Assembly (NCBI RefSeq): GCF_964204645.1
Contig: NC_134030.1
Span: forward strand, 1,781,355-1,845,354
Direction: 5' to 3'
Origin: Tubulanus polymorphus
Taxonomy: Eukaryota; Animalia; Nemertea
DNA: 64,000 nt
The position numbers were made by a program, and so were the translations under genes. This document shows, piece after piece, positions 63,001 to 64,000 of this stretch; position 1 is the first letter of the stretch; the number at the start of each line of letters is the position of its first letter. The notes beneath the pieces are model-generated. The model saw only the letters and a program-made list of their open reading frames with translations, did not search any database and was not told where the DNA came from.

Positions 63001-63691
63001 TGGTTTCTTTGTCAGAGAATAATCTTATCGTCTATGATAAGATGGGAATGTTATAACGAACAACGTGGTTTTCTACAGGATATCACGGAGTACCATGGGC
63101 GGGGAGATGGAGGGGTTCTCGGCCGGATAATTTCACCATCTTTTGATGCTAAGCGAAAAAGTCGCACAATTCAAATTTTATATGATATAATTTATTAAAA
63201 CGAAACCACAACGTTTCGGCTGTTGACAGCCATCATCAGGAGGAATGATGATTATCTACAGTGTACACGGATTAGATGTTTCATTCGGCCTCTTGATGCG
63301 TTTGTGAGGACATCAAGATATATTTTCCACGCTTTATTCGTCCATAAGTACCGTTTAAGCAGTTGTGGCAGTAGGCCCAATTCGCCCCTGGGGCCAATTC
63401 CATAGTCAAGACTAAAGACAAAAAGTGGTCTGAAGTCTTGACACTGGTCTTAAGTTGGCTCTAGACCTAAGTTGGTCTTAGACTGGTCTTAAGTCTAAGC
63501 CCTCACTATGCAACCGGCCCCAGTTTCTAGTGGTGTTGTTTGTTTGTTCAACTCATGGTTTATAATTTCTGTATATTTTAGTCCTGATCTATCGTGGAGA
63601 GACGTACAGCATTTGATCGTACAAACTTCAACTTCGAAAAATGTTCGTTTTAACCCGAATGATTTCGTCAAAAATCAACAAGGAATTTCGG
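60094..63691 (+). CDS. Kexin/furin-family (S8B) proprotein convertase homolog, predicted catalytically inactive; continues past right edge
   Basis: Exons 60094-60149, 60830-60866, 60957-61088, 61321-61458, 61581-61734, 62147-62304, 62514-62717, 62803-62903, 63582-63691, frame open throughout. Signal peptide, RVKR, [51 protein letters not shown]. Confidence 0.9.
63206..63243 (-). ncRNA. Solitary minimal hammerhead-like motif
   Basis: CTGATGA-T-GGCTG-TCAA-CAGCC-GAAAC-GTT; stem I imperfect. Confidence 0.5.
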
Positions 63692-64000
63692 GTAAGCGCG
63701 CTGGTGATTAAAACGATCAGTTAATGACTGTTAGAGACTGGTATTCATCTCAATATTTCAGAGTTTATGACTGGTAGAGACTGATAATGATCTCAGTGTG
63801 TCAGAGTTAATGAGCAAAACCCATATAGTTGATAATATAACAGTTTATTCTGACAGTTTGATTTTTGACAGTTTGATAATGAAGTTCGGTCAAAACTTCA
63901 TCAACTGTTGGTTTTGCTCATGATTTTTCATCCTGGTGTCAGAATGCTTAATTCAGCGATGCTTACTTTAGATTCAACTGAAGAAGACTTAAATCATAAC

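Noticed and set aside
60094-63691. Calling the convertase homolog PC2, furin or a pseudogene
   Set aside because: Asp at the oxyanion site resembles PC2, but the sequence is too divergent to assign; the intact frame and splice sites argue against a pseudogene.

Overview
Gene-dense, AT-rich, intron-rich invertebrate (probably bilaterian) nuclear DNA; the ORF track shows only exon fragments. Splicing by hand gives nine protein-coding genes: PPOX (-, runs off the left edge), RPS25 (-), an AT-hook/8-finger C2H2 zinc-finger gene (+), TRAPPC4 (-), ELAC1/RNase Z-S (+), chimaerin (-, three candidate first coding exons), aralar/citrin SLC25A12/13 (+), HAT1 (-), and a kexin/furin-family gene (+, runs off the right edge). 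The last eight form four head-to-head pairs. Introns are full of short non-autonomous DNA transposons (CWG-, TWA- and TTAA-flanked MITEs), tRNA-derived SINE heads and minisatellites built from MITE parts. Most notable: (1) a 12-copy array of a 69-nt unit in HAT1 intron 2, each unit a minimal type I hammerhead-ribozyme motif in the sense of the HAT1 pre-mRNA; (2) a frame-intact, apparently secreted furin-like protein that has lost all three catalytic triad residues and essentially the whole prodomain; (3) a U12-type intron in ELAC1; (4) two ~1-kb disordered, repeat-bearing alternative N-termini for chimaerin; (5) a 24-nt microexon candidate in aralar; (6) a box C/D snoRNA candidate in RPS25 intron 1; (7) the RPS25-TRAPPC4 and CHN-SLC25A12-HAT1 neighbourhoods, recalled from human, with changed orientations. 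Exon coordinates were read manually and checked for phase; no database searches or folding programs were run.
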